NCBI GenBank assembly: GCA_963714275.1
Contig: CAVQNT010000003.1
Span: 160,001-224,000, forward strand
Source: Candidatus Bathyarchaeota archaeon
GTDB taxonomy: Archaea > Thermoproteota > Bathyarchaeia > Bathyarchaeales > DTEX01
Direction of reading: 5' to 3'
DNA: 64,000 bases
Part shown: piece by piece, positions 33,443 through 45,192 of the stretch
Layout: the number at the start of each line of letters is the position of its first letter
How positions within the stretch are numbered: position 1 is the first letter of the stretch
Made by a program: the position numbers and the translations under genes
The notes under the pieces: model-generated
What the model was told of the DNA's origin: nothing
The model's input: only the letters and a program-made list of their open reading frames with translations
The model's database searches: none

Positions 33443-33577
33443 TGTATTGGGTTATAAAGATGTTTAAAAAAGGATGTAAACTATTGTTTAGAGACTCCCC
33501 TAAAAACATGTTTGATAAAGCCGTCATGATTGTGGTTAAATGTAAACGTTTTGATGATATGAAGGTAGGTTGATTGA

Positions 33578-34000
33578 ATGTTATGCTCAGTTCCAAAAAG
33601 ACTGCTTAAGGAAGCTGCAAAGTTTCATGGTCATTTAGGAGTTTATCTAGTTTTAGGTTTGAAGGCTGGTTTGTATGCTAACGAAATTTTGGGAAAAAAC
33701 ATTTTTGATATGCATGCCTGTGTCGAGACTGAGCCTACTCCGCCACGTTCCTGTTTTGTGGACGGTGTACAGGTAGCAACAGGTTGCACCATGGGAAAAC
33801 GTAACATTGATCTTAGAGACGGAGATTCGCTTTCCGTAAGGTTTACGCGTGATGACCAGCAGCTGACACTTTATGTTAAGCCAGATTTTCTTAAAGAGTT
33901 AACGAGAATTACTTCAATGGAAAAAAGTGAAAAAGCAGCACTAAGTCTGGTTGACAAGCCAATTGAAGACCTTTTTGATATAGCATGTTCCAAGCGATAA
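33578..34000 (+). CDS. FmdE-family protein
   Basis: FHGHLG and SCFVDGVQVATGCTMGK. Confidence 0.88.
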   Translation: MLCSVPKRLLKEAAKFHGHLGVYLVLGLKAGLYANEILGKNIFDMHACVETEPTPPRSCFVDGVQVATGCTMGKRNIDLRDGDSLSVRFTRDDQQLTLYVKPDFLKELTRITSMEKSEKAALSLVDKPIEDLFDIACSKR

Positions 34001-34133
34001 TTTGTCCATACCTTTCAAAATTAAATACAAACGTAACATGAATTTTTCTGTGGTAAAGTAACAAGCATAGTCATGTTTGCGAAGACCTTATTAGGAGAAC
34101 TTAAATTAACAATTCTCAGACAAAGGTGAATAA

Positions 34134-35148
<1,015 letters not shown>

Positions 35149-35212
35149 AAAACCACACAAGCAATATAGCCATTTCTTCTTCCATGTTTCTTAAAATTAA
35201 GGTGAAGAGGGT

Positions 35213-36436
35213 TTGACGGAGTTTCGAACTTTAGACGACGTTAAGGTGAAAGGAAAAGTAGTGCTGGTGAGAGTTGACTTTAACTCGCCCGTGGACCCTC
35301 AAAGCCTGAAATTATTAGATGATACGAGAATAAAGGCTCACGGCGAAACAACAATAAAGGAATTGGTTGAAAAGGGAGCTAAAGTCGTAATTCTAGCCCA
35401 CCAAGGACGACCTGGAGACCCAGACTTCATTCCTTTAAAACAACATACTATGATTCTTGCTAAAGTCTTAGGTAAGCCTGTGAAATACGTGGATGACCTT
35501 TACGGGGAAGAGGCTAAGGCAGCTATTAAGAACCTTAAATCCGGCGAAGTCATCGTTCTAAAAAATACCAGAACTTACCCTGACGAACAGAAATCAAAAA
35601 CTCCCGAGGAGCACGCTAAATCAGAGTTCATTAAGGCTTTGGCTCCTTTGGCTGATGTGTTTGTTAACGACGCCTTCTCTGCAGCTCACAGGGCACACGC
35701 CTCCGTCGTAGGTTTCTCCGCGGTTCTTCCGACGGTTGCTGGGAGAATTATGGAACGCGAACTTAAGGCCCTCAACAAGGTTTTGGAGTCTCCGCAGAAA
35801 CCTTGCATTTTCATTCTCGGTGGAGCAAAAGCTGATGATTCGCTCGAAATTTCCAAGTACGTCCTTAAGAACGACATTGCGGATTTCGTGCTGACCGGAG
35901 GAATCACAGGGCACCTTTTCATGCTGGCAAGCGGAGTGAACCTTGGGAAACCGAACATGGAGCTGCTGGAAAAACAGGGGATTTTGGGTTTGGTTCCGGG
36001 CATAAAAGAGTTGATGGCTGTGTATCCAGGCAAGGTGAAGACTCCAGTTGATGTTGCTGTTGAAGAGAACGGAAAAAGAAAAGAGTTGCCTGTGGTTTCC
36101 CTTCCAACCGAATTTTCGATCTTCGACATTGGGACACAAACAATCAAGCAGTATAGTCAGATAATAATGAAGGCTAAATCCATTGTTATAAGTGGTCCTC
36201 CGGGAGTGTACGAAAAAAGGGAGTTCCTGAAGGGCACAAAAACAATACTTGAAGCCATAGCTGCATCTGAAGCCTTCTCGTTGGTTGGTGGTGGTCACAC
36301 GGTTGCAGCTGTTCAGGAGTTTGGGCTTGCGGGCAAGATGTCCTATATCAGCACAGCTGGCGGCGCGTTGATAGAGTTTCTAATGGGTAAAACCTTGCCT
36401 GCTGTGGTTGCTCTTGAGGAAGCTGCCAAGAAGTAA
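35213..36436 (+). CDS. pgk: Phosphoglycerate kinase
   Basis: RVDFNSP, AHQGRPG, NDAFSAAHRAH and STAGGA. Confidence 0.96.
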   Translation: MTEFRTLDDVKVKGKVVLVRVDFNSPVDPQSLKLLDDTRIKAHGETTIKELVEKGAKVVILAHQGRPGDPDFIPLKQHTMILAKVLGKPVKYVDDLYGEEAKAAIKNLKSGEVIVLKNTRTYPDEQKSKTPEEHAKSEFIKALAPLADVFVNDAFSAAHRAHASVVGFSAVLPTVAGRIMERELKALNKVLESPQKPCIFILGGAKADDSLEISKYVLKNDIADFVLTGGITGHLFMLASGVNLGKPNMELLEKQGILGLVPGIKELMAVYPGKVKTPVDVAVEENGKRKELPVVSLPTEFSIFDIGTQTIKQYSQIIMKAKSIVISGPPGVYEKREFLKGTKTILEAIAASEAFSLVGGGHTVAAVQEFGLAGKMSYISTAGGALIEFLMGKTLPAVVALEEAAKK

Positions 36437-36464
36437 CTGTGGATTCCAAATTTCGCGCTGTTGT

Positions 36465-37154
36465 TTATTTGAACTCCACGGTTAGGATACGAATATAGTC
36501 TCCTGTGTCAGCGCAACTGTCAGCTGCTTCCTCCATAGCGTCTAACAGGTCTTTCAGGATCAAAAGACTCCACGGATTTATTTCGGTGCCATATTTTAAG
36601 AGAAGACTCTTAATTTCCAGTTGCTTTTTGTCAACCTTGTTCTCTTCATCTTCAACCTTTTCTGACATTACTCTTGCCTGAACAGGATCTTCGCCTAAAC
36701 ATCGCAGGCTTTCCCTCAAAACTGCTGCGGTTCGAACTATGCCAGTCGACATTTCGTAAAAGGCTTTCCATACTTCTTTTGGAATGTTTGCATTTAGTAG
36801 GACGAGGACGTTTCTTGCTGAGTTTTTGATATAGTCCGCCATCATGTCTAGACGTTTGACAAGATGCATGATGTCTTCGCGTTCTTGGAATCCAAGGTTG
36901 CCTTTTGTTAGCTCCTCGAACACCATTCTTCTAAGGTTGTCTATCTCCTCTTCCACCCGGAAGAGTCTTTCAATCGTTGTCTTCGCTTCCTCTACGTCAT
37001 CAGCTGACGCAGCTTTAATTGCTCTTTCAAGATCGTTGACTGTGTCAAGAGCCACCGTCATTTGCCTATAGGCTATGTCCAAAACCTTATTTTTCCGCCG
37101 TTTCTCGAACCAACTTTCCATCACAGGAAAACTCCTAACTTGTTCTTTTTTCAT
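36465..37154 (-). CDS. DUF47/PhoU-like phosphate transport regulator
   Basis: EEEIDNLRR...LDMMAD...EEAADSCAD repeats. Confidence 0.85.
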   Translation of the reverse strand: MKKEQVRSFPVMESWFEKRRKNKVLDIAYRQMTVALDTVNDLERAIKAASADDVEEAKTTIERLFRVEEEIDNLRRMVFEELTKGNLGFQEREDIMHLVKRLDMMADYIKNSARNVLVLLNANIPKEVWKAFYEMSTGIVRTAAVLRESLRCLGEDPVQARVMSEKVEDEENKVDKKQLEIKSLLLKYGTEINPWSLLILKDLLDAMEEAADSCADTGDYIRILTVEFK

Positions 37155-37215
37155 CTTTCACACCAGTGATTTTAAAGTTTACTCTTTTTGAATATACAAA
37201 ATCCTCATTTTTTAG

Positions 37216-38318
37216 TCATTCCACCGAAATCTCCTTCTCCAACCCCGACTGTGGGTACTGGTAAAGCAAGACAGACTCGGGAGGAAATTTTAAGTTAACC
37301 CGAGTTCCTGTTCTCAGTTCCTGTGAAGCTGAAGAGAATGGAGTTTTTACAACAACGACTTTACCATTTTTTGTTTTGACTTCGTACCGTACCATGCTTC
37401 CCATGAAGGTCACCGCCTCGACTGATCCCTTCCAAAGCGGTTCAATTTTACGTTTTTTTTCTATGACTACGAATTCGGGTCTGATTGCTGCAACGACTTT
37501 GGCGTCTTTAGAGGACGCTTTTTCCAAACTGTAAAGAAAAGAATCATCCACATTTACTCTAGTCCCTTTATCCGTCTCCTCGGTAATATAACCTTCGAAA
37601 AAATTTGCTTCGCCAACAAAATTTGCTGTGAAAAGTTCTTTTGGATGAAGGTACAGTCTGTAAAGGTGTATCGACTTCGACTATTTTGCCCGTTTTCATA
37701 ACGACAATCTTGTCCGCGACTGCCATAGCTTCCTCTTGGTCGTGAGTGACGTGGATTGCTGTGAGGTCAAGGTCCTTAATCATCTTCTTGATTTCATGTC
37801 TTAACAATTTTCTGACCTTGATGTCTAACGAACCGAGGGGTTCGTCAAGTAGCAACAGGAGGGAACCTGACGCAAGGGCTCGTGCGATCGCTGTTTTTTG
37901 TTGTGCGCCTCCGCTTAGCACGTTTGGGTGGTCGTTGACTCTGTCTCCGAGAACCATCATGTTTAACATTTCTTTGACAAGGATCCTAATTTTGGACGGG
38001 CTCCACCCTTTAACAAAAGGTCCGTATGAAACGTTTTCATAGACGTTCATGTGGGGGAAAAGAGCGATGTCTTGGAAGACATATCCGATTCCTCGGTCTT
38101 GAATTGGAACATCGTTCATAAGTTTGCTGTCGATGTAGATTTCTCCCTCGGTTGGCTGTATAATGCCTGAAATGCACTTTATCAGTGTGGTCTTGCCGCA
38201 TCCGCTTGGACCAATTATGCACACATATTCTTTGTCTTCGATTGCCAGATTCACGTTTTCCACTGCTGTTATGTCTCTATACTTTTTTGTTATGTTCACC
38301 AGTCTGAACCGAGGGCAT
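37216..38318 (-). CDS. ABC transporter ATPase with a TOBE domain; indels near 38305 and 37660
   Basis: GPSGCGKT, LSGGAQQ, LDEP and HVTHDQEEA; TOBE domain in ORF 37216..37551. Confidence 0.85.
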
Positions 38319-39431
38319 CTATATAGCCTCCAGCTCCCTGAAAAGACCCGCCTGAGGATATGGGTATGTCTTTATGTTCTCTGGTTGAAGCCTAATGTAG
38401 ACTTTTTCGTTGTCTGAAAACGTCTTTCTCTGTTGGTTTACTGGAATTTTCGAGTTAACTACATCACCATTTTTTAGCAAAATTTCGAACACTGTTGAGT
38501 TTCCTAAGAAACTAGCAGATTGAATAGTTCCTGGAAAGAAATTGATTTCCTGTTCCTCGCCAATCCGCTTAACTATTTTCGTTAGTTCCTCCCTTACTGC
38601 CAGAACCACTTTTTCTCCGGGTGAGTAATCAATTTCTCTGACACGTACGATGAAACGGTTGCGGAGTGTATCCGAGCTCCCTGTTGGTCTCTCTCTACGA
38701 CGAATCCTTCTAGAAAGTTTGCGCCGCCGACGAAGTTGGCTACAAAAATGCTTTGGGGTTCATTGTAAACTTTGGAGGGGACGTTTACTTGCTGGATTTT
38801 GCCTTGTCGTAGAACCGCGATTCTGTCTCCTACAATCATGGCTTCTTCTTGGTCATGTGTCACATGGATGGCAGTGAACCCTCTTTCCTTTACAAGGTCC
38901 CTAATTTTGTATCGAAGTTCAACCCTGATGCGGGCGTCCAAGGCTCCTAAAGGTTCGTCCAGTAAAAGCAGGTTGGCGTTTGAGGCAAGTCCTCTTGCCA
39001 GCGCGAGACGTTGCTGCATGCCGCCACTTAGCTCATTTGGTTGTGAATTTGCCCTTCCAGCCAACCTCGTCATCTCCAACATTTTCATCGAAATTCTGTA
39101 GGCTTCTTCTTTGTTAAGACCTTTTGAGGTTGGTCCGAAAGCAACATTTTGGAGGGCACTTAGATGCGGGAAAAGGGCATAGTTCTGTGGAACAAAAGCG
39201 GTGTTTCGCTCTTGAGGTGGAACATTATTGGCAAGTTCATTGTCGATGAATATTTCGCCTTCGTCGGGTTTAATTATTCCGGCAATAAGCTTAAGTAAAG
39301 TCGTTTTTCCACTGCCAGTTGGACCTAAAACGCAAAGGTATTCGCCGTCTTCCACTTCTAGGTTTAGACTTGTTAATTGCAGAAATTTTCCCGAACCTCT
39401 TTGTAACGTTGATTAGACGAACCGACGGCAT
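38319..39431 (-). CDS. Second ABC transporter ATPase with a TOBE domain; indels near 39365 and ~38660
   Basis: GPTGSGKT, LSGGMQQR and HVTHDQEEA. Confidence 0.85.
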
Positions 39432-39438
39432 TCCCCTT

Positions 39439-41095
39439 TCACCCTTTACCTCTGACGATAATTCTTATCAAAAGGAGAACCATGAAAGAAGCCAAGATGA
39501 GAAAACCAATCCCTAACGCGCTCTCAGACGGCGAGGCATACCCCTTTACAATCCAATCCACCAGCAAAACGGGAACAGTTTTCAAGGCGCCTCCAGCTGC
39601 CTTAGCTGCTCCTGTCTCGCCGATGCATCGAGTAAAAACAAGAACAGCGCCTGAAAAGACCGAATACTTCGTTAAGGGTAAAGTTATTCTTTTAAAGATA
39701 GTGAAAGGCTTAGCCCCAAGTGTGCTGGCGACCTCTTCCATCTCTGGCGACACGCTTTCGATGGCTGCAGACATGGATAAAACGAAATAAGTATAGGTTA
39801 TTGTTATGTGCGAAAGGACGAGAACCCAAAACTCAGGCGCCTGAAGGCTTCCCCAAAAGAATTTTAGTGAAATGCCGAGAGCAATCGAAGGAACGATGAT
39901 AGGAATGTTAACAAGTGAATCCAGAACCGGAGTTAGGCGACCGAGCTTCTTACGAGCAATAATTATCGCCACAGGCAATCCAGCTGCAACGTTTGTGATT
40001 GTGGATATGAAACCAATAACGTAAGACAAGAGCATACTGCTCCAGAAGGCGTTCCACGGTTCAGCTCCGCCTAAAGCCTGCAGCCCAAAGTTCCGTTAGT
40101 AAAGCGTTAGTTAGGGGCAATGCGATGAAAAGTGAAGGGCAAATTACGAACACAAAAAACGCTGCAATTGCTACGAGATCCCTGCTTTTAACGGATGTAT
40201 TACTGCTTAATTTTCTTTCAAGATTTGGCCACGCCCGTCTAATTGGAAGCTTCAATCGTGGAGCAAGTAGCCTTATGGCGAGGAACACTGCGACCGAGCT
40301 CAGAATAAGAAGCGAGCTTACATAGACAAGGGCGCCCTTCATTTCGGTGTTGTAATATATGAACACGGGACCATTCTCGAATGATCCAGCCACCATTACG
40401 GTGGCTCCTGTTTCGGAAAGCGATCTGGCGAAGGCTAGAAGGAAAGATGCGATTAACGCTGGCTTCAACAGGGGCAAGGTTACGGTTCTCACCGACGTAA
40501 AGGGTGGGGCGCCAAGAGTTTTGGCTGCTACTTCGTAAACTTGCTTGTAGCCTAGTAGTTCGCCTACCATGACCCTTACGATCACGGGGTAAGAGAAGGC
40601 GAAGTGAAGCAGAAGTACAAGCACGAAGCCTGGTGGAACAAGCGTCTCAACTCCGAACAGGCTGGAGATTCCTCCTTTTTGGCTCCAGAACAGGCTTGCG
40701 GAGTATCCTAGGGCAGTTGTTGGAATAAGGAAAGGAACATCGGCTAAAGTATCTATCACGTTAATCAGTCTGGATTTGCTTCGAACGATGAACCATGCAA
40801 GCGGCAAAGCTGCGACAAGGTCTAAAACAGAAACAGCGAAAGCAGTTAAAAATGACCATGCGATGGCTGAGTTCGCTCTCGCAAGCAGCTCTGGCATCTC
40901 ATAAATCTGCGTTATGCTGCCGATGTTTTGGAGTATGCCGATTACTGGGGGGACAAGAATCAAGGCGAAAAAGAAGGCAATGGCGGAAATATAGACGAGA
41001 TGTTTCGCCCATGGTTTGGAGGAGAGAGCGTCAAGACTCTTAACAAACCTAGACATAGGTCCACGTTGCTTAGTTGCTTTTTGTTGGCTCTCCAT
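39439..41095 (-). CDS. Fused two-domain ABC permease (Fe3+/thiamine/anion type); frameshift ~40060-40110
   Basis: Two EAA-like loops (EVAAKTLGA and EEVASTLGA). Confidence 0.8.
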
Positions 41096-41254
41096 TTCTT
41101 TTGTAGAGAAATACGTAAGTGGATATATAGTTTATCTGTGCAACGGTTTATGGTAATTATATGCCTCATATAACTTGATAAAAATAATAACGAAAATGTC
41201 ACAATAAATTATTTTTTAACCTGAAACCGTTGAAAACACAAAAAAACAGCTATT

Positions 41255-41490
41255 TGTTATGCATAATTGAAAGTCGTATGTCACACACATCAGAACAATC
41301 TATTCTGGACCTTTGCCTTTCATATTCAATAACTTCATGTCCTATAGAACAGCCTTTTGCGCCCAAAACAACAGAATAGATGCGTTACAAAACAGAACAA
41401 GTCTAAGCCAATGCAGAATGTTGTTTAAACAGCAAAACCTGATGATGAACAAATCAGACCAGACTGAAACGCCTAAAATCAATTATTAAA
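41255..41490 (+). repeat. Three copies of the 40-bp bipartite repeat (41255-41294, 41358-41396, 41419-41458) plus a conserved tail
   Basis: Near-identical to the units at 1007-1171; tail CAGACCAGACTGAAACGC is shared with the inverted copy near 53970. Confidence 0.8.
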
Positions 41491-41559
41491 AGAAAAATCA
41501 GCACTTTGGAAAAGCAGCTTTGGCATGTCGAGTTGTAGCTCAGCTAGATTTCCTTAGTC

Positions 41560-42603
41560 TTAAGTAGTAAACGCCGCTTTCACGGCTTCCTTGTAAGCAT
41601 AGTAAGCCAGCTTAGGCTTAGCTTTTACGTCGAGGAGTCCCCAGCCACATTCCGATGGACACTCAGGCTGACCACACTGCCAACACGTCGGAGGGTCACG
41701 CCAACGGAAAAAGAAGTTACCCAAAAGGTAAGGGATCTCTGCGAACATCCCCAGCGCAACCTTCACAAATTCAGCCTGTTCAACCTCTGAATGCTCTTTT
41801 TTCCAAACGTTGTACCACGCCTTCTCGTAGCAGTTCCAACCGTTCCAGCCTTCCGGCGGAGAACCCTTAGGACTTTCCTTCACGCGCCCTATGGAGGAGT
41901 ACCCCCACTCGTGAATGACGACGGGAACATTGGTGATTCGGTGAATCTTTTCCAGAAGCGGAGGCCAACTCTCAGGACTGCCGGGTGCCCAAGAACCGAA
42001 ATACCCGTCTATCCCAGCGTAATCAAGGGGTTTCTCGCCCCTTGCATACAGGTTTTCGAAGAGCCATCTACCATCGGCACCTAGCCCCGCGGGATTGATG
42101 CTTGTCTCGGCTTCTGGGTTGCCTTCTTTGACGCCCAAACTTCCCTCTTTCAGGAAACGAACAGCCTGCTCAACGGTCATGGGTCCTCGGAAGATGCGTA
42201 TGTCCATCTCGTTTGAAACCTGCCACAACTGCACAAGCCCAGCGGTTTGTTCACCCATCTCTTTGCATCCTTCGCGGTAGGCTTCATAATACCTGTTCGA
42301 GTCATAGGTTCCCGCCCATTTAGGCAATTCAGGCTGCCAAACTGTTTTACCTAGTTTTTTATTGAACCGATAGGAACCTGTAAGCGGAGTGACCCCCATT
42401 ATTTTAAAGCCTTTCTTTCTTAACGTTTTCACGTGCTCTACCGTTTCCAGAAACCGGGGGTTAGACTCGCCATGCAACCGGTCTTTGAATGGATAAGTAA
42501 AGCCTATTCTGATCCATTCGATTCCCGCCTGTTTCATCAGAACATAATCGGGGTCTGAATAGGTGTATGCGCATATTCCCATAATGTGTTTTCCGTTCTT
42601 CAT
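41560..42603 (-). CDS. Clan GH-A TIM-barrel glycoside hydrolase
   Basis: WQVSNEMD acid/base, VVIHEWGYS nucleophile and WGLLD...KPKLAY. Confidence 0.75.
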   Translation of the reverse strand: MKNGKHIMGICAYTYSDPDYVLMKQAGIEWIRIGFTYPFKDRLHGESNPRFLETVEHVKTLRKKGFKIMGVTPLTGSYRFNKKLGKTVWQPELPKWAGTYDSNRYYEAYREGCKEMGEQTAGLVQLWQVSNEMDIRIFRGPMTVEQAVRFLKEGSLGVKEGNPEAETSINPAGLGADGRWLFENLYARGEKPLDYAGIDGYFGSWAPGSPESWPPLLEKIHRITNVPVVIHEWGYSSIGRVKESPKGSPPEGWNGWNCYEKAWYNVWKKEHSEVEQAEFVKVALGMFAEIPYLLGNFFFRWRDPPTCWQCGQPECPSECGWGLLDVKAKPKLAYYAYKEAVKAAFTT

Positions 42604-42677
42604 CTTGCATCTGTAATCTTCTTTAACTTTCGTTCATAAAAGATTTCCCGAGGATCGATAAATTAGATAAAATAGAT

Positions 42678-43769
42678 ATGCGTAGAAAAAGTAGTGATGT
42701 TGGAATGAATGCTCGCGAAAGAATCAAACTGGCTTTGAATCACCGTGAAGCTGACCGAATTCCGATTCACGACAGTCCCTGGGCAGCGACGGTTGACCGG
42801 TGGCGAAACGAAGGATTACCTTCAGGGATATCGACTGCTGACTACTTCGGTTACGAGATGGGAAGCGTTGGACCTGATACTTCGCCGATGTTTCCCGTTG
42901 AGGTTCTTTCTGAAGACGATGAATACATTGTCGAAAAGAACAGTTATGGCGGAGTTAGGAAAAACCACAGGGACTATTCAACCACGCCCATGATTATCGA
43001 CTACCCGTGCAAGAACAGGGAAGACTGGGAAAAAATCAAGCCCAAATTGAAGCCAAGCGATTACAGGGTTGATTGGGTATCAGGTTTGCAGTCTTTTCAT
43101 CGCGAACACAGTCGAGGACGCTTCATCACCTACAATGCGGTTGTTGGATACGACAAGATAATGCTCTACGTAGCATTACCTCGCCTTTTAAGGGCAGTCA
43201 TCCAAGAGCCAGAATGGGTCAAAGACATGTACTGGACGGACGCAAAGCTAGCCATAGATATGTGCGACCTAATGATGAAAGGAGGGTTCAAGTTTGACGG
43301 TGCCTTCCTCTACTGCGACTTGGGTTATAGAGGAGGACTCTTTTTTTCCCCCAAGTATTATGAGGAGCAGATGCATCCTGTGTTCAAGGAACTGTGCCGA
43401 TACTTCCATAGTCACGAGATGCCGGTGTTCCTTCATTGCTGTGGTAAAGTCAAGGACCTCATTCCGTTCTTTATCGAGGAGGGGATTGACTGTCTTCAAC
43501 CGCTGGAAGTTAAATCCGGCATGGACCTCATAGAGCTCAAAGAAAAATACGGAGACAAAATCTCCTACATGGGAGGCATCGACGTGAGACTCATGGCCCT
43601 CGACGACCCGAAACCTATAGAGAAAGAAATCAAAGAGAAGATTACAGCAGCAAAGGAAGACGGTGGCTACATCTACCACTCCGACCATTCTGTGCCTAAG
43701 GACGTCAGCTTTGAACAATACAAGAGAATAATTAAATTAGTCCACAAGTACGGAAAATACAAATCTTAA
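42678..43769 (+). CDS. Uroporphyrinogen decarboxylase / MtaA-CmuA family protein
   Basis: RERIKLALNHREADRIP, LHCCG, QPLEVKSGMD and GGYIYHSDHSVP. Confidence 0.85.
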   Translation: MRRKSSDVGMNARERIKLALNHREADRIPIHDSPWAATVDRWRNEGLPSGISTADYFGYEMGSVGPDTSPMFPVEVLSEDDEYIVEKNSYGGVRKNHRDYSTTPMIIDYPCKNREDWEKIKPKLKPSDYRVDWVSGLQSFHREHSRGRFITYNAVVGYDKIMLYVALPRLLRAVIQEPEWVKDMYWTDAKLAIDMCDLMMKGGFKFDGAFLYCDLGYRGGLFFSPKYYEEQMHPVFKELCRYFHSHEMPVFLHCCGKVKDLIPFFIEEGIDCLQPLEVKSGMDLIELKEKYGDKISYMGGIDVRLMALDDPKPIEKEIKEKITAAKEDGGYIYHSDHSVPKDVSFEQYKRIIKLVHKYGKYKS

Positions 43770-43855
43770 ACCTTCAGATAGAAAAACGAGTAATACCATC
43801 TGAGAAAAAGTAATATACTATTTTCAAATATATTTCCGCAAAAGGAGGACCTTAA

Positions 43856-45162
43856 TTGATAAAAATTACCTATCTTGGAGCGGGAAGCGGCTTTGCGCCG
43901 GTTCTGAGTAAAGACATTTTCCAGATTCCGGGGCTTGACAAAGGCGAACTGTGCTTAGTGGACATAGACCCGGAGAGGTTGAAGCTTTCTCAAAGAGCAA
44001 CCGAGATTGTCAACGAGAAGCTGAAGACAAAATGGAAGATTACAGCCTCAACTGACCGCGAAGAGGTCATGAGCGACTCCGACTTCATAATTAACACGAT
44101 CGAAGTCAACGGAGTCCATACAGTCAAGTACGACTACGAGATCCCATTAAAGTATGGAGTTGACCAATGCATCGGCGACACCGTTGGTCCAGGAGGCGTA
44201 ATGAAGGCCTTAAGGACCGTTCCGCCTTGGCTGGAGATACTTAAGGACGTCGAGAGACTTTGCCCAAACGCTTACGTGCTTAACTATACGAACCCGATGT
44301 CCATGATGATGCTTGCGACCTTTCGCACCTCAAAAATGAAGGCTGTGGGGCTATGCCATTCCGTCCAGGGAACCTCCGTTGATTTGTCAAAGTATCTGGG
44401 ACTGCCGTATGAGGAGTTAGAGTGGAAGTGCGCAGGAATCAACCACATGGCATGGTTTACCGAATTAAAATACAAAGGCGAAGACATGTATCCGAACCTA
44501 AAGAAGAAAGTGAAACATGATAAGGCTCTCTACGAAAGGGACCCAGTTAAGTTTGAGACTTCTGCTTCACCTCGGTTACTTCGTGACAGAGTCAAGTGGT
44601 CACATGTCCGAGTACTTGCCGTATTTCCGAAAAAGGTCGGATCTCATCGATAAGTATTGCCGCGAAGGCTACCTTGGCGGCAGAGGATTCTACGCCAAAA
44701 ACTGGCCAAAGTGGAGGCAGGATCTTGACGAGCGAAGGAAACGGATAATTGCGGGACAGGAGGAGCCGCAGTTGAATAAAAGCGTCGAGTACGCGTCCGA
44801 AATTATTGAGAGCATAGTGTTCAACAGGTTCAAGGTCATTTTCGGCAACGTGCTTAACACGGGCTTGATAACGAACCTTCCCCAGAACGAGGTTGTTGAA
44901 GTCGCCTGCTTGATCGACCGCAACGGCGTGAACCCCACGTACTTTGGCGAACTACCCCCACAGTTAGCCGCGCTCAACAAGGCGAACATGGCGGTTTACG
45001 ACTTGGCGATGAGAGCCTATAATGAACGGCAGCTACGAAATGGCGGAGCAGGCAATAATGCTTGACCCGTTGACAGCCGCGGTTTGCTCGCTTGAAGAAA
45101 TAAGAAACATGTTCGCAGAGCTCTACAAAGCAGAGAAGGACTACATACCCAAATTAGATTAA
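43856..45162 (+). CDS. melA: GH4 alpha-galactosidase (MelA-like); frameshifts ~44558 and ~45025
   Basis: GAGS, QCIGDTVGPGG, LNYTNPM, GLCHSVQ, GINHMAW and TESSGH. Confidence 0.85.
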
Positions 45163-45192
45163 GAATGTTGAAGTGAAAGCCACTATTTCCTT

